Shown: positions 39,395 to 51,757 of the stretch, piece after piece
Layout of the letters: each line of letters begins with the position of its first letter
Position numbering within the stretch: position 1 is the first letter of the stretch
DNA from: Nemertoderma westbladi
Taxonomy: Eukaryota > Animalia > Xenacoelomorpha
Reading direction: 5' to 3'
Length of the DNA: 64,000 bases
NCBI GenBank assembly: GCA_032718475.1
Contig: JAUCBJ010000448.1
Location: 1 to 64,000, forward strand
Program-made: the position numbers and the translations under genes
Notes under the pieces: generated by a model
What the model was told of the DNA's origin: nothing
What the model saw: the letters and a program-made list of their open reading frames with translations, nothing else
Database searches by the model: none

Positions 39395-40021
39395 TTAGTT
39401 AGACATGAGAGTTGTAGTTTGCTTCAAGGCGAAGAAGAGTTTCCTTTCAGCATTAGCGTTTAGATGTATTCGGTCAGATTTTAATAAAGAATGTTCGGGT
39501 GCAACCAAACCCCGAATAGCTAAGGTTGACCCGAACCCGCTGTCTTTAAACCAAGTTCTCATTCGCTCGTTTAAGACTTGCCAACGTTCGTTATGGTTTG
39601 GGGGGCACTTACCGAACCTTGGAAAAGCTTCCAACCACACAATCTTTGATCCTGTAACAGTGTGGAATGCAGTGATGGCGGTCTGCAACTGTTCGTGAAC
39701 TTCCACACTGTTACAGAGATCATTGCCCCCCATACAGATGAATGATATGCATGGTTTAAGGACAGCGGAACTACTGTACGTATTAATTACTAGGGGGAAA
39801 TCCTTTAGTGTACGTATGTATTTATTGTTAGGAAAGTAATAGTTTATGTTAGCGGTAGGAGATAGTTCAGCAATATTGTAGTTTGTAGTAAAACGACGGA
39901 AATGGGAGTCACCCGTAAGTAGTATCTCATGTGTAGTGTGGTTAGAAGTGCAGTGTATAGCGTCTAGATCTAGATAATTAACATTAGATAGGTAGGGAGT
40001 TTGTTTATGTGTATGAGGCAT
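39395..40021 (-). CDS. SGNH/GDSL hydrolase-like protein (208 aa)
   Basis: Block I LLTGDSH, block III MGGNDL and block V DRIH are in the correct order. SGNH domains are known Helentron cargo. Confidence 0.8.
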   Translation of the reverse strand: MPHTHKQTPYLSNVNYLDLDAIHCTSNHTTHEILLTGDSHFRRFTTNYNIAELSPTANINYYFPNNKYIRTLKDFPLVINTYSSSAVLKPCISFICMGGNDLCNSVEVHEQLQTAITAFHTVTGSKIVWLEAFPRFGKCPPNHNERWQVLNERMRTWFKDSGFGSTLAIRGLVAPEHSLLKSDRIHLNANAERKLFFALKQTTTLMSN

Positions 40022-40759
40022 CGTGTTGAATTAGTAAGGTCCAACCAAGTGTTATGTATAATTAGAATTTTAGTTAGATTTAGATAGAGTTCCTCAGAAA
40101 TTTTATCACACAACATTTATCCCCAGATAAATGCTCTAACGATAAACTTGTATTCCTACACTATATATATGTGATGTAGACAAGGGATAATTCATGTGTT
40201 TATGTTAGTGGGAAAAGTGTTGATTCAATTCGAAGCAACCTCACTAAACTTCAACCAAAGTTAAAACCCATAAAATATTATCTTGGCGCCAATAGTCTGT
40301 ATCGAGTACCTGATCAGCTCTTACTTGTCAAACAATTTGCAACTAATTACAGTATAATAGATCAGTGTTGATATTTTGGCGACAGAAAGTCTGTATCAAC
40401 ATTCCGTTCTCAGCATAGCTTTAGACTAACTTTAATCTTGTTTGACCAAGTATTCGCAGACTCCATTTCTCCATTAATTACAGTGTTACACAACTTTAAC
40501 ATGGGTTAAGTTTCCACAGTTAAGGACCTAACCAGTATGGTGGTGGCTCATGGAGGCCAAACAACTGAAAAATAATAAATCGCATCAACAAGTAAATCAC
40601 GAAATTTAGCATGTGTTACCCATAACTCCCATCCATCCTGTTCATTGATTTGGTTAGTGGCAATTTCGCCCTCGTCTATAATACCAGGTGTTAACTTTTC
40701 AGTCCAAACATAATGTAATTTAAAATATGAAGAATGTATTTTAATGATTTTACAGTACA

Positions 40760-42172
40760 GCCACACACCACGTCACACGCCACGGCACACGCCACGCTAC
40801 ACGCTATGCCACACGCAACGCCACACCACACCACACGCCACGCCACATGCCATGCCACGCCACGCCACACCACACGCCATGCCACACGCTATGCCAAACG
40901 CCATGCCACACGTCACATGCAACACCACACGCCACGCCACACACCACGCCACACGCCACGAAACCCACCACGCCAAACGCCATGCCACACGCAACGCCAT
41001 GCCACACGCCACGCCACACACCACGTCACACGCCACGGCACACGCCACGCCACACGCAACGCCACACGCCACGCCACACCACACGCAACTCCACATGCCA
41101 CGCCACGCCACACGCCATGCCACACGTCATGCCACACGCCATGCCACACGTCACATGCAACACAACACGCCACGCCACACACCACGCCACACGCCACGAA
41201 ACCCACAACGCCACATGCCATGCCGCACGCCATGCCACACGCAACGCCACACGCCACGCCACACACCATGTCACACGCCACGGCACACGCCACGCCACAC
41301 GCTACGCCACATGCCACGCCACACCACACGCCACTCCACATGCCACGCCACGCAACACCACACACCATGCCACACGCCATGCCACACGCCATGCCACACG
41401 CCATGCCACATGCCATGCCACACGTCACATGCAACACCACACGCCACGCCACACACCACGCCACACGCCACGAAACCCACCACGCCACATGCCTTGCCGC
41501 ACGCCATGCCACACGCAACGCCACACGCCACGCCACACACAATGTCACACGCCACGGCACACGCCACGCCGCACGCTACGCCACATGCCACGCCACACCA
41601 CACGCCACACGCAACTCCACATGCCACGCCACGCCACACCACACACCATGCCACACGCCATGCCACACGCCATGCCACACGTCACATGCAACACCACACG
41701 CCACGCGCTACACACCACGCCACGCCACACGCCATGCCACACGCCATGCCACACGCCATGCCACACGTCACATGCAACACCACACGCCACGCCACACACC
41801 ACGCCACACGCAACGAAACCCACCACGCCACACGCCATTGCCACACGCCATGCCACACGCCATGCCACACGCCATGCCACACGCAACGCCACACCACACG
41901 CCACGCCACAAACCACGTCACACGCCACGGCACACGCCACGCCACACGCTACGCCACATGCCACGCCACACCACACGCAACACGCAACGCCACATGCCAC
42001 GCCACGCCATGCCACACATCACATGCAACACTACATGTCACGCCACACACTACGCCACACGCCACGAAATCCACCACGCCACACGCCACGCCTCACACCA
42101 CGCCACACGCCACGCCACACACAACGCCACACGCCATGCCACACACAACGCCACACGACACGCCACGCCCCA
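40760..42172. repeat. GCCAC/ACAC/GCCAT low-complexity strand-asymmetric repeat
   Basis: T-poor mosaic of 5-7 bp words with longer reiterated blocks. Confidence 0.95.
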
Positions 42173-42564
42173 CAATTTAATATTTCAGAAGAAGTAATAC
42201 GATTAATTATTATTAAAGAATGATTTATATTAATATCTTACTGCATATAATTTATCATGTATATCATTAATTCATTATCATACATTATCAATATCAATAT
42301 CAGTACCGTACCTACCTGCCATTCTATTTTTAACCCACTTAGAACCACCCACAATGAATGTTTATAATATTATAAATTATTATTTGCCAGTAAAACACAG
42401 ACAGGATTTAATTTGCCTTTAGCTAAGACATGGGAAGTAGCCTAACGCACGTGCACAGAGTTCGTTCAACTAATGTGGTTCTAAGAAATTTTCCATGTGA
42501 AAGCTCTCACCTTTTGAACTCTTACTCGTTCTCTCACACGGCCAGCATGTCTACCTCGTCACCC

Positions 42565-42610
42565 ATTGGATGATAGCAGGAAGAGGTGTACAGGTGGCTT
42601 CTATATAAGC
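42565..42610 (+). promoter_or_regulatory. Candidate Pol II promoter (inverted CCAAT + TATA) for the RepHel-like gene
   Basis: ATTGG at 42565 and TATATAA at 42602, upstream of an ATG exon that has its own splice acceptor, implying a non-coding first exon. Motif inference only. Confidence 0.35.
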
Positions 42611-43928
42611 AAGTTAGCAGGCAACAACTATGTGGAATTTCAACTGAAATACCGTTCGTTTCATTCTGTTCTTGCTAACTGAACTTAGTTTGCTACGTAC
42701 CGGTAGTTTTTTTTATTTAATTTTTATTGCTTGCATCCATACCAGCAGACCGATACTGTTTCTTGGTAGCCTCTAGCATTGAGTAGGCCTATAGCATATG
42801 TTATGGCATTTTATAATACGGTACCGGTATTTACTAGTACTGAAGGCCTACTTGTACTATGATTAATAGGCCTACTGTAATAATTTAATGCATACACTAC
42901 ACTACACTACCAACAGGACCAATTCCAATGTAGGCCTAGCTTTGGGAAGTACCCTACTGAACTATTACACTGTTACAGTACAGCAGTATACAGTATCAAT
43001 GCAGCAATGTCAAAATGCAAAGCTGTAGGCCTAGGCTTCCTGTACGCTGTACCTACCTAGGTTGCTATAATTTATCACTTTCTTTTTGAATGTGGAAGGG
43101 AAAAAGTGTTATTTTTTAGTGTACCGTAGTCCCACTTAGTTGCTTAGTGCTTGAATGGTTGAATTCAATTTATTCATTCAGGGCTTAAGCCAGCCAGCAG
43201 CCCTAATTCTGTAATAACCGGTACAATAGCCTACCGGTACCGGGTACTTTCTATGTTTATTATTTAGGCTTGATTGATTGCGATTGATTGATATTGATTG
43301 CGATTATTATTATTATTATTATTATTGGATATTATATTATTATTTATTTACGTGGTTGCGATAGCTGAAACTAACTCGAAGCTTTGGTGGATTGCCATCG
43401 ATTTTCTTGGCTTCTTCTTCCGGTTCTGTGGAAGCTATTGCGACTTAACTTTTTTATTGTTTTATTTTATCGCTGTGCGTCGTGGAACACTAAACGTTTG
43501 ACCGTTCATTTGCTTCATTCACCAGGTTAGTCAATAAATCCCAAACTGCCAACACAGGCCTATCTGTAACGGACAACGGCAGCGTAGCCCATAGTCAGCC
43601 CACAGTCAGATAGTAGTAGCATAGGCCTGGATATGAAGTACCGGTTGGCGAATCTTATTTTTCTGGTATAGGGCTTTAATATATTATTAAATAAATGAAT
43701 TGTAGTAGAATATAGTGTGCGCTTTCTCATTTTTTTCATTTCTGAACTACCGGTATTTATTGGTTCTACAATATCATTCATATATTATGTCTGTTATTGT
43801 TAAAAATTTGTATTGACATGTCCAAGTCTTTAACACTATTTATATTCACCATTTTAATATTACAGCTCAACTACCTTTTATATTAGCCTACTTGGTGGTC
43901 TCCCTTAATGTCTGTATTTTCTTTTAGA

Positions 43929-44114
43929 ATGGGTAAATCTAGAATACGAAAAAACGTGTGTTCGTACTGCCATGGCCAAGTACCTCCGACACGCCACACT
44001 AAGGCTACGTGCCGCGTTCGTAGGGAACACCGAGCGTTGGGGATCTTTGAGGATACCATTGAGGAGGGGATTGGGATGGAAGCTCGGATCCGGCTTAGCC
44101 TTCAACAGGAGCGG
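43929..44114 (+). CDS. Predicted first coding exon of the RepHel-like gene (62 aa, C-x2-C-x8-H-x4-C zinc knuckle)
   Basis: Acceptor ttttcttttag ending 43927, ATG at 43929, peptide CSYCHGQVPPTRHTKATC, canonical donor gtaagt at 44115 in phase 0. Confidence 0.65.
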
Positions 44115-44137
44115 GTAAGTTAACCGATATACCGATA

Positions 44138-44295
44138 ATTTGTATACTATTTGTACGCCCCCCCCCCCCCCCCAGCCGTGTCAATTTGTATTCTATTTGT
44201 ACACCCCCCCCCCCCCCAGCCGTGTCAATTTGTATTCTATTTGTACACCCCCCCCCCCCCCCCAGCCGTGTCAATTTGTATACTATTTGTACACC
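44138..44295. repeat. About 44-bp poly-C-containing repeat, about 3.5 copies
   Basis: ATTTGTATTCTATTTGTACA(C)nAGCCGTGTCA. Confidence 0.85.
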
Positions 44296-44304
44296 GCATA
44301 CATC

Positions 44305-47300
44305 GCGTAACATGCCGCGGTTGCAGTAATTTATTAAGTGTGTATAATAATTTATTAAGTGCGTAACATGCCGCGGTTGCAGTAATTTATTAAGTGCGTA
44401 TAATAATTTATTAAGTGCGTAACATGCCGCGGTTGCAGTAATTTATTAAGTGTGTATAATAATTTATTAAGTGCGTAACATGCCGCGGTTGCAGTAATTT
44501 ATTAAGTGCGTAAAATGCCGCGGTTGCAGTAATTTATTAAGTGTGTATAATAATTTATTAAGTGCGTAACATGCCGCGGTTGCAGTAATTTATTAAGTGT
44601 GTATAATAATTTATTAAGTGCGTAACATGCCGCGGTTGCAGTAATTTATTAAGTGCGTAAAATGCCGCGGTTGCAGTAATTTATTAAGTGTGTATAATAA
44701 TTTATTAAGTGCGTAACATGCCGCGGTTGCAGTAATTTATTAAGTGTGTATAATAATTTATTAAGTGCGTAACATGCCGCGGTTGCAGTAATTTATTAAG
44801 TGCGTAAAATGCCGCGGTTGCAGTAATTTATTAAGTGTGTATAATAATTTATTAAGTGCGTAACATGCCGCGGTTGCAGTAATTTATTAAGTGTGTATAA
44901 TAATTTATTAAGTGCGTAACATGCCGCGGTTGCAGTAATTTATTAAGTGTGTATAATAATTTATTAAGTGCGTAAAATGCCGCGGTTGCAGTAATTTATT
45001 AAGTGTGTATAATAATTTATTAAGTGCGTAACATGCCGCGGTTGCAGTAATTTATTAAGTGTGTATAATAATTTATTAAGTGCGTAACATGCCGCGGTTG
45101 CAGTAATTTATTAAGTGTGTATAATAATTTATTAAGTGCGTAACATGCCGCGGTTGCAGTAATTTATTAAGTGTGTATAATAATTTATTAAGTGCGTAAA
45201 ATGCCGCGGTTGCAGTAATTTATTAAGTGTGTATAATAATTTATTAAGTGCGTAACATGCCGCGGTTGCAGTAATTTATTAAGTGCGTAAAATGCCGCGG
45301 TTGCAGTAATTTATTAAGTGTGTATAATAATTTATTAAGTGCGTAACATGCCGTGGTTGTAGTAATTCATTAAGTGTGTATAATAATTCATTAAGTGCGT
45401 AACATGCCGCGGTTGCAGTAATTTATTAAGTGTGTATAATAATTTATTAAGTGCGTAACATGCCGCGGTTGCAGTAATTTATTAAGTGCGTAAAATGCCG
45501 CGGTTGCAGTAATTTATTAAGTGTGTATAATAATTTATTAAGTGCGTAACATGCCGCGGTTGCAGTAATTTATTAAGTGTGTATAATAATTTATTAAGTG
45601 CGTAACATGCCGCGGTTGCAGTAATTTATTAAGTGCGTAAAATGCCGCGGTTGCAGTAATTTATTAAGTGTGTATAATAATTTATTAAGTGCGTAACATG
45701 CCGCGGTTGCAGTAATTTATTAAGTGTGTATAATAATTTATTAAGTGCGTAACATGCCGTGGTTGTAGTAATTCATTAAGTGTGTATAATAATTCATTAA
45801 GTGCGTAACATGCCGCGGTTGCAGTAATTTATTAAGTGTGTATAATAATTTATTAAGTGCGTAACATGCCGCGGTTGCAGTAATTTATTAAGTGCGTAAA
45901 ATGCCGCGGTTGCAGTAATTTATTAAGTGTGTATAATAATTTATTAAGTGCGTAACATGCCGCGGTTGCAGTAATTTATTAAGTGTGTATAATAATTTAT
46001 TAAGTGCGTAACATGCCGCGGTTGCAGTAATTTATTAAGTGCGTAAAATGCCGCGGTTGCAGTAATTTATTAAGTGTGTATAATAATTTATTAAGTGCGT
46101 AACATGCCGCGGTTGCAGTAATTTATTAAGTGTGTATAATAATTTATTAAGTGCGTAACATGCCGCGGTTGCAGTAATTTATTAAGTGCGTAAAATGCCG
46201 CGGTTGCAGTAATTTATTAAGTGTGTATAATAATTTATTAAGTGCGTAACATGCCGCGGTTGCAGTAATTTATTAAGTGTGTATAATAATTTATTAAGTG
46301 CGTAACATGCCGCGGTTGCAGTAATTTATTAAGTGTGTATAATAATTTATTAAGTGCGTAACATGCCGCGGTTGCAGTAATTTATTAAGTGTGTATAATA
46401 ATTTATTAAGTGCGTAACATGCCGCGGTTGCAGTAATTTATTAAGTGTGTATAATAATTTATTAAGTGCGTAACATGCCGCGGTTGCAGTAATTTATTAA
46501 GTGCGTAAAATGCCGCGGTTGCAGTAATTTATTAAGTGTGTATAATAATTTATTAAGTGCGTAACATGCCGTGGTTGTAGTAATTCATTAAGTGTGTATA
46601 ATAATTCATTAAGTGCGTAACATGCCGCGGTTGCAGTAATTTATTAAGTGTGTATAATAATTTATTAAGTGCGTAACATGCCGCGGTTGCAGTAATTTAT
46701 TAAGTGCGTAAAATGCCGCGGTTGCAGTAATTTATTAAGTGTGTATAATAATTTATTAAGTGCGTAACATGCCGCGGTTGCAGTAATTTATTAAGTGTGT
46801 ATAATAATTTATTAAGTGCGTAACATGCCGCGGTTGCAGTAATTTATTAAGTGCGTAAAATGCCGCGGTTGCAGTAATTTATTAAGTGTGTATAATAATT
46901 TATTAAGTGCTGCGTAACATGCCGCGGTTGTAGTAATTCATTAAGTGTGTATAATAATTCATTAAGTGCGTAACATGCCGTGGTTGTAGTAATTCATTAA
47001 GTGCGTAACATGCCGCGGTTGTAGTAATTCATTAAGTGTGTATAATAATTCATTAAGTGCGTAACATGCCGTGGTTGTAGTAATTCATTAAGTGCGTAAC
47101 ATGCCGCGGTTGCAGTAATTTATTAAGTGTGTATAATAATTTATTAAGTGCGTAACATGCCGCGGTTGCAGTAATTTATTAAGTGTGTATAATAATTCAT
47201 TAAGTGCTTAACATGCCGCGGTTGTAGTAATTCATTAAGTGTGTATAATAATTCATTAAGTGCGTAACATGCCGCGGTTGTAGTAATTCATTAAGTGCGT

Positions 47301-50300
47301 AACATGCCGCGGTTGTAGTAATTCATTAAGTGTGTATAATAATTCATTAAGTGCTTAACATGCCGCAGTTGTAGTAATTCATTAAGTGTGTATAATAATT
47401 CATTAAGTGCGTAACATGCCGTGGTTGTAGTAATTCATTAAGTGCTTAACATGCCGTGGTTGTAGTAATTCATTAAGTGTGTATAATAATTCATTAAGTG
47501 CGTAACATGCCGCGGTTGCAGTAATTTATTAAGTGTGTATAATAATTTATTAAGTGCGTAACATGCCGCGGTTGCAGTAATTTATTAAGTGCGTAAAATG
47601 CCGCGGTTGCAGTAATTTATTAAGTGTGTATAATAATTTATTAAGTGCGTAACATGCCGCGGTTGCAGTAATTTATTAAGTGTGTATAATAATTTATTAA
47701 GTGCGTAACATGCCGCGGTTGCAGTAATTTATTAAGTGCGTATAATAATTTATTAAGTGCGTAACATGCCGCGGTTGCAGTAATTTATTAAGTGCGTAAA
47801 ATGCCGCGGTTGCAGTAATTTATTAAGTGTGTATAATAATTTATTAAGTGCGTAACATGCCGTGGTTGTAGTAATTCATTAAGTGTGTATAATAATTCAT
47901 TAAGTGCGTAACATGCCGCGGTTGCAGTAATTTATTAAGTGTGTATAATAATTTATTAAGTGCGTAACATGCCGCGGTTGCAGTAATTTATTAAGTGCGT
48001 AAAATGCCGCGGTTGCAGTAATTTATTAAGTGTGTATAATAATTTATTAAGTGCGTAACATGCCGCGGTTGCAGTAATTTATTAAGTGTGTATAATAATT
48101 TATTAAGTGCGTAACATGCCGCGGTTGCAGTAATTTATTAAGTGCGTAAAATGCCGCGGTTGCAGTAATTTATTAAGTGTGTATAATAATTTATTAAGTG
48201 CGTAACATGCCGCGGTTGTAGTAATTCATTAAGTGTGTATAATAATTCATTAAGTGCGTAACATGCCGTGGTTGTAGTAATTCATTAAGTGCGTAACATG
48301 CCGCGGTTGCAGTAATTTATTAAGTGTGTATAATAATTTATTAAGTGCGTAACATGCCGCGGTTGCAGTAATTTATTAAGTGTGTATAATAATTCATTAA
48401 GTGCTTAACATGCCGCGGTTGTAGTAATTCATTAAGTGTGTATAATAATTCATTAAGTGCGTAACATGCCGCGGTTGTAGTAATTCATTAAGTGCGTAAC
48501 ATGCCGCGGTTGTAGTAATTCATTAAGTGTGTATAATAATTCATTAAGTGCTTAACATGCCGCAGTTGTAGTAATTCATTAAGTGTGTATAATAATTCAT
48601 TAAGTGCGTAACATGCCGCGGTTGTAGTAATTCATTAAGTGCGTAACATGCCGCGGTTGTAGTAATTCATTAAGTGTGTATAATAATTCATTAAGTGCTT
48701 AACATGCCGCAGTTGTAGTAATTCATTAAGTGTGTATAATAATTCATTAAGTGCGTAACATGCCGTGGTTGTAGTAATTCATTAAGTGCTTAACATGCCG
48801 TGGTTGTAGTAATTCATTAAGTGTGTATAATAATTCATTAAGTGCGTAACATGCCGCGGTTGCAGTAATTTATTAAGTGTGTATAATAATTTATTAAGTG
48901 CGTAACATGCCGCGGTTGCAGTAATTTATTAAGTGCGTAAAATGCCGCGGTTGCAGTAATTTATTAAGTGTGTATAATAATTTATTAAGTGCGTAACATG
49001 CCGCGGTTGCAGTAATTTATTAAGTGTGTATAATAATTTATTAAGTGCGTAACATGCCGCGGTTGCAGTAATTTATTAAGTGCGTATAATAATTTATTAA
49101 GTGCGTAACATGCCGCGGTTGCAGTAATTTATTAAGTGCGTAAAATGCCGCGGTTGCAGTAATTTATTAAGTGTGTATAATAATTTATTAAGTGCGTAAC
49201 ATGCCGTGGTTGTAGTAATTCATTAAGTGTGTATAATAATTCATTAAGTGCGTAACATGCCGCGGTTGCAGTAATTTATTAAGTGTGTATAATAATTTAT
49301 TAAGTGCGTAACATGCCGCGGTTGCAGTAATTTATTAAGTGCGTAAAATGCCGCGGTTGCAGTAATTTATTAAGTGTGTATAATAATTTATTAAGTGCGT
49401 AACATGCCGCGGTTGCAGTAATTTATTAAGTGTGTATAATAATTTATTAAGTGCGTAACATGCCGCGGTTGCAGTAATTTATTAAGTGCGTAAAATGCCG
49501 CGGTTGCAGTAATTTATTAAGTGTGTATAATAATTTATTAAGTGCGTAACATGCCGCGGTTGTAGTAATTCATTAAGTGTGTATAATAATTCATTAAGTG
49601 CGTAACATGCCGTGGTTGTAGTAATTCATTAAGTGCGTAACATGCCGCGGTTGCAGTAATTTATTAAGTGTGTATAATAATTTATTAAGTGCGTAACATG
49701 CCGCGGTTGCAGTAATTTATTAAGTGTGTATAATAATTCATTAAGTGCTTAACATGCCGCGGTTGTAGTAATTCATTAAGTGCTTAACATACCGCGGTTG
49801 TAGTAATTCATTAAGTGTGTATAATAATTCATTAAGTGCGTAACATGATGCGGTTGTAGTAATTCATTAAGTGCTTAACATACCGCGGTTGTAGTAATTC
49901 ATTAAGTGTGTATAATAATTCATTAAGTGCGTAACATGCTGCGGTTGTAGTAATTCATTAAGTGTGTATAATAATTCATTAAGTGCGTAACATACCGCGG
50001 TTGTAGTAATTCATTAAGTGTGTATAATAATTTATTAAGTGCTTAACATACCGCGGTTGTAGTAATTCATTAAGTGTGTATAATAATTTATTAAGTGCTT
50101 AACATACCGCGGTTGTAGTAATTCATTAAGTGTGTATAATAATTTATTAAGTGCGTAACATACCGCGGTTGTAGTAATTCATTAAGTGTGTATAATAATT
50201 TAATAAGTGCTTAACATACCGCGGTTGTAGTAATTCATTAAGTGTGAATAATAATTTATTAAGTGCGTAACATACCGCGGTTGTAGTAATTCATTAAGTG

Positions 50301-51093
50301 TGTATAATAATTTATTAAGTGCTTAACATACCGCGGTTGTAGTAATTCATTAAGTGTGTATAATAATTTATTAAGTGCTTAACATACCGCGGTTGTAGTA
50401 ATTCATTAAGTGTGTATAATAATTTATTAAGTGCTTAACATACCGCGGTTGTAGTAATTCATTAAGTGTGTATAATAATTTAATAAGTGCTTAACATGCT
50501 GCGGTTGTAGTAATTCATTAAGTGTGTATAATAATTTATTAAGTGCGTAACATACCGCGGTTGTAGTAATTCATTAAGTGTGTATAATAATTTATTAAGT
50601 GCGTAACATACCGTGGTTGTAGTAATTCATTAACTGTGTATAATAATTTAATAAGTGCTTAACATACCGCGGTTGTAGTAATTCATTAAGTGTGTATAAT
50701 AATTTAATAAGTGCTTAACATGCTGCGGTTGTAGTAATTCATTAAGTGTGTATAATAATTTATTAAGTGCGTAACATACCGCGGTTGTAGTAATTCATTA
50801 AGTGTGAATAATAATTCATTAAGTGCGTAACATGCCGCGGTTGTAGTAATTCATTAAGTGTGTATAATAATTCATTAAGTGCGTAACATGCTGCGGTTGT
50901 AGTAATTCATTAAGTGCTTAACATACCGCGGTTGTAGTAATTCATTAAGTGTGAATAATAATTCATTAAGTGCTTAACATGTCGCGGTTGTAGTAATTCA
51001 TTAAGTGTGAATAATAATTCATTAAGTGCATAACATGCTGCGGTTGTAGTAATTAATTAAGTGTGTATAATAATTCATAAATTCATTAAGTGT
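44305..51093. repeat. 6.8-kb array of the same 35/21-bp minisatellite, inside predicted intron 44115-51153
   Basis: Same monomers and orientation as 36694-38040, with homogenised variant blocks. Confidence 0.97.
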
Positions 51094-51153
51094 GAATTTA
51101 CTTATGTATGTACATTGTACATATAGGTTATTATTGATAAATATTGTATATAG

Positions 51154-51468
51154 GAGAGAGTTGAGGATTCCAATAGGGCTGAAGCTTCAACTCAACCCAT
51201 GGATACTTCTGATGGAGGAGCCCCTAACCCTCCCATCTTCTCTCCTGCTGCTGGTGACGAGACATCCACCTCTGCCCCGTCCTCAGATCCTCTAACCTCG
51301 GAATGTGGGGAAGAATCCTTTTCTGCCCACAACTTTCTCTCCACGTTTACATTGCAACCTGGAGAGCAAACCCCTCGCTTTACCCCCAAGCGTCCAATGC
51401 CTTACGTGATTCCATCATGTGTCATTGGCGGACCAAGGGGCGTAATCCGAGGGGCACGTCCTGTAACA
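51154..51468 (+). CDS. Predicted exon 2 of the RepHel-like gene (105 aa, Ser/Pro-rich linker)
   Basis: tag acceptor at 51153, open frame including ORF 51199, donor gtgagt at 51469. Phase 0 at both ends, compatible with exons 1 and 3. Confidence 0.7.
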
Positions 51469-51757
51469 GTGAGTTTAATGTATTTCTATATATATAATAA
51501 ATATACAGTTGTCATATAGTTCCTATGTGTATCAGTGTATTAAATATAATCTAGACCAACTATATAGTTGTTTTTTAGATGTCATTGTGTTGTACTTGTA
51601 TCTATACGTTGTATAGGTTGTCTACGGTTTTAATATTTATGTACCATTCATATGGAATGTTGATTAATTAGTTTATAGTTTTAAATTAAAGTCAGATTTG
51701 TACATAGATTTAAATAATTGTACTTCATTTTATATGGAATTTTTTTATTTTTTTTAG

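Noticed and set aside
40691-42223. His/Thr/Pro-rich 450-490 aa ORFs and their antisense ORFs
   Set aside because: Open in all frames as an artefact of the low-complexity repeat.
42780-43250. Host assignment from TAGGCCTA and ACCGGTACCGG words (echinoderm-like impression)
   Set aside because: Compositional impression only, not supportable without a search.
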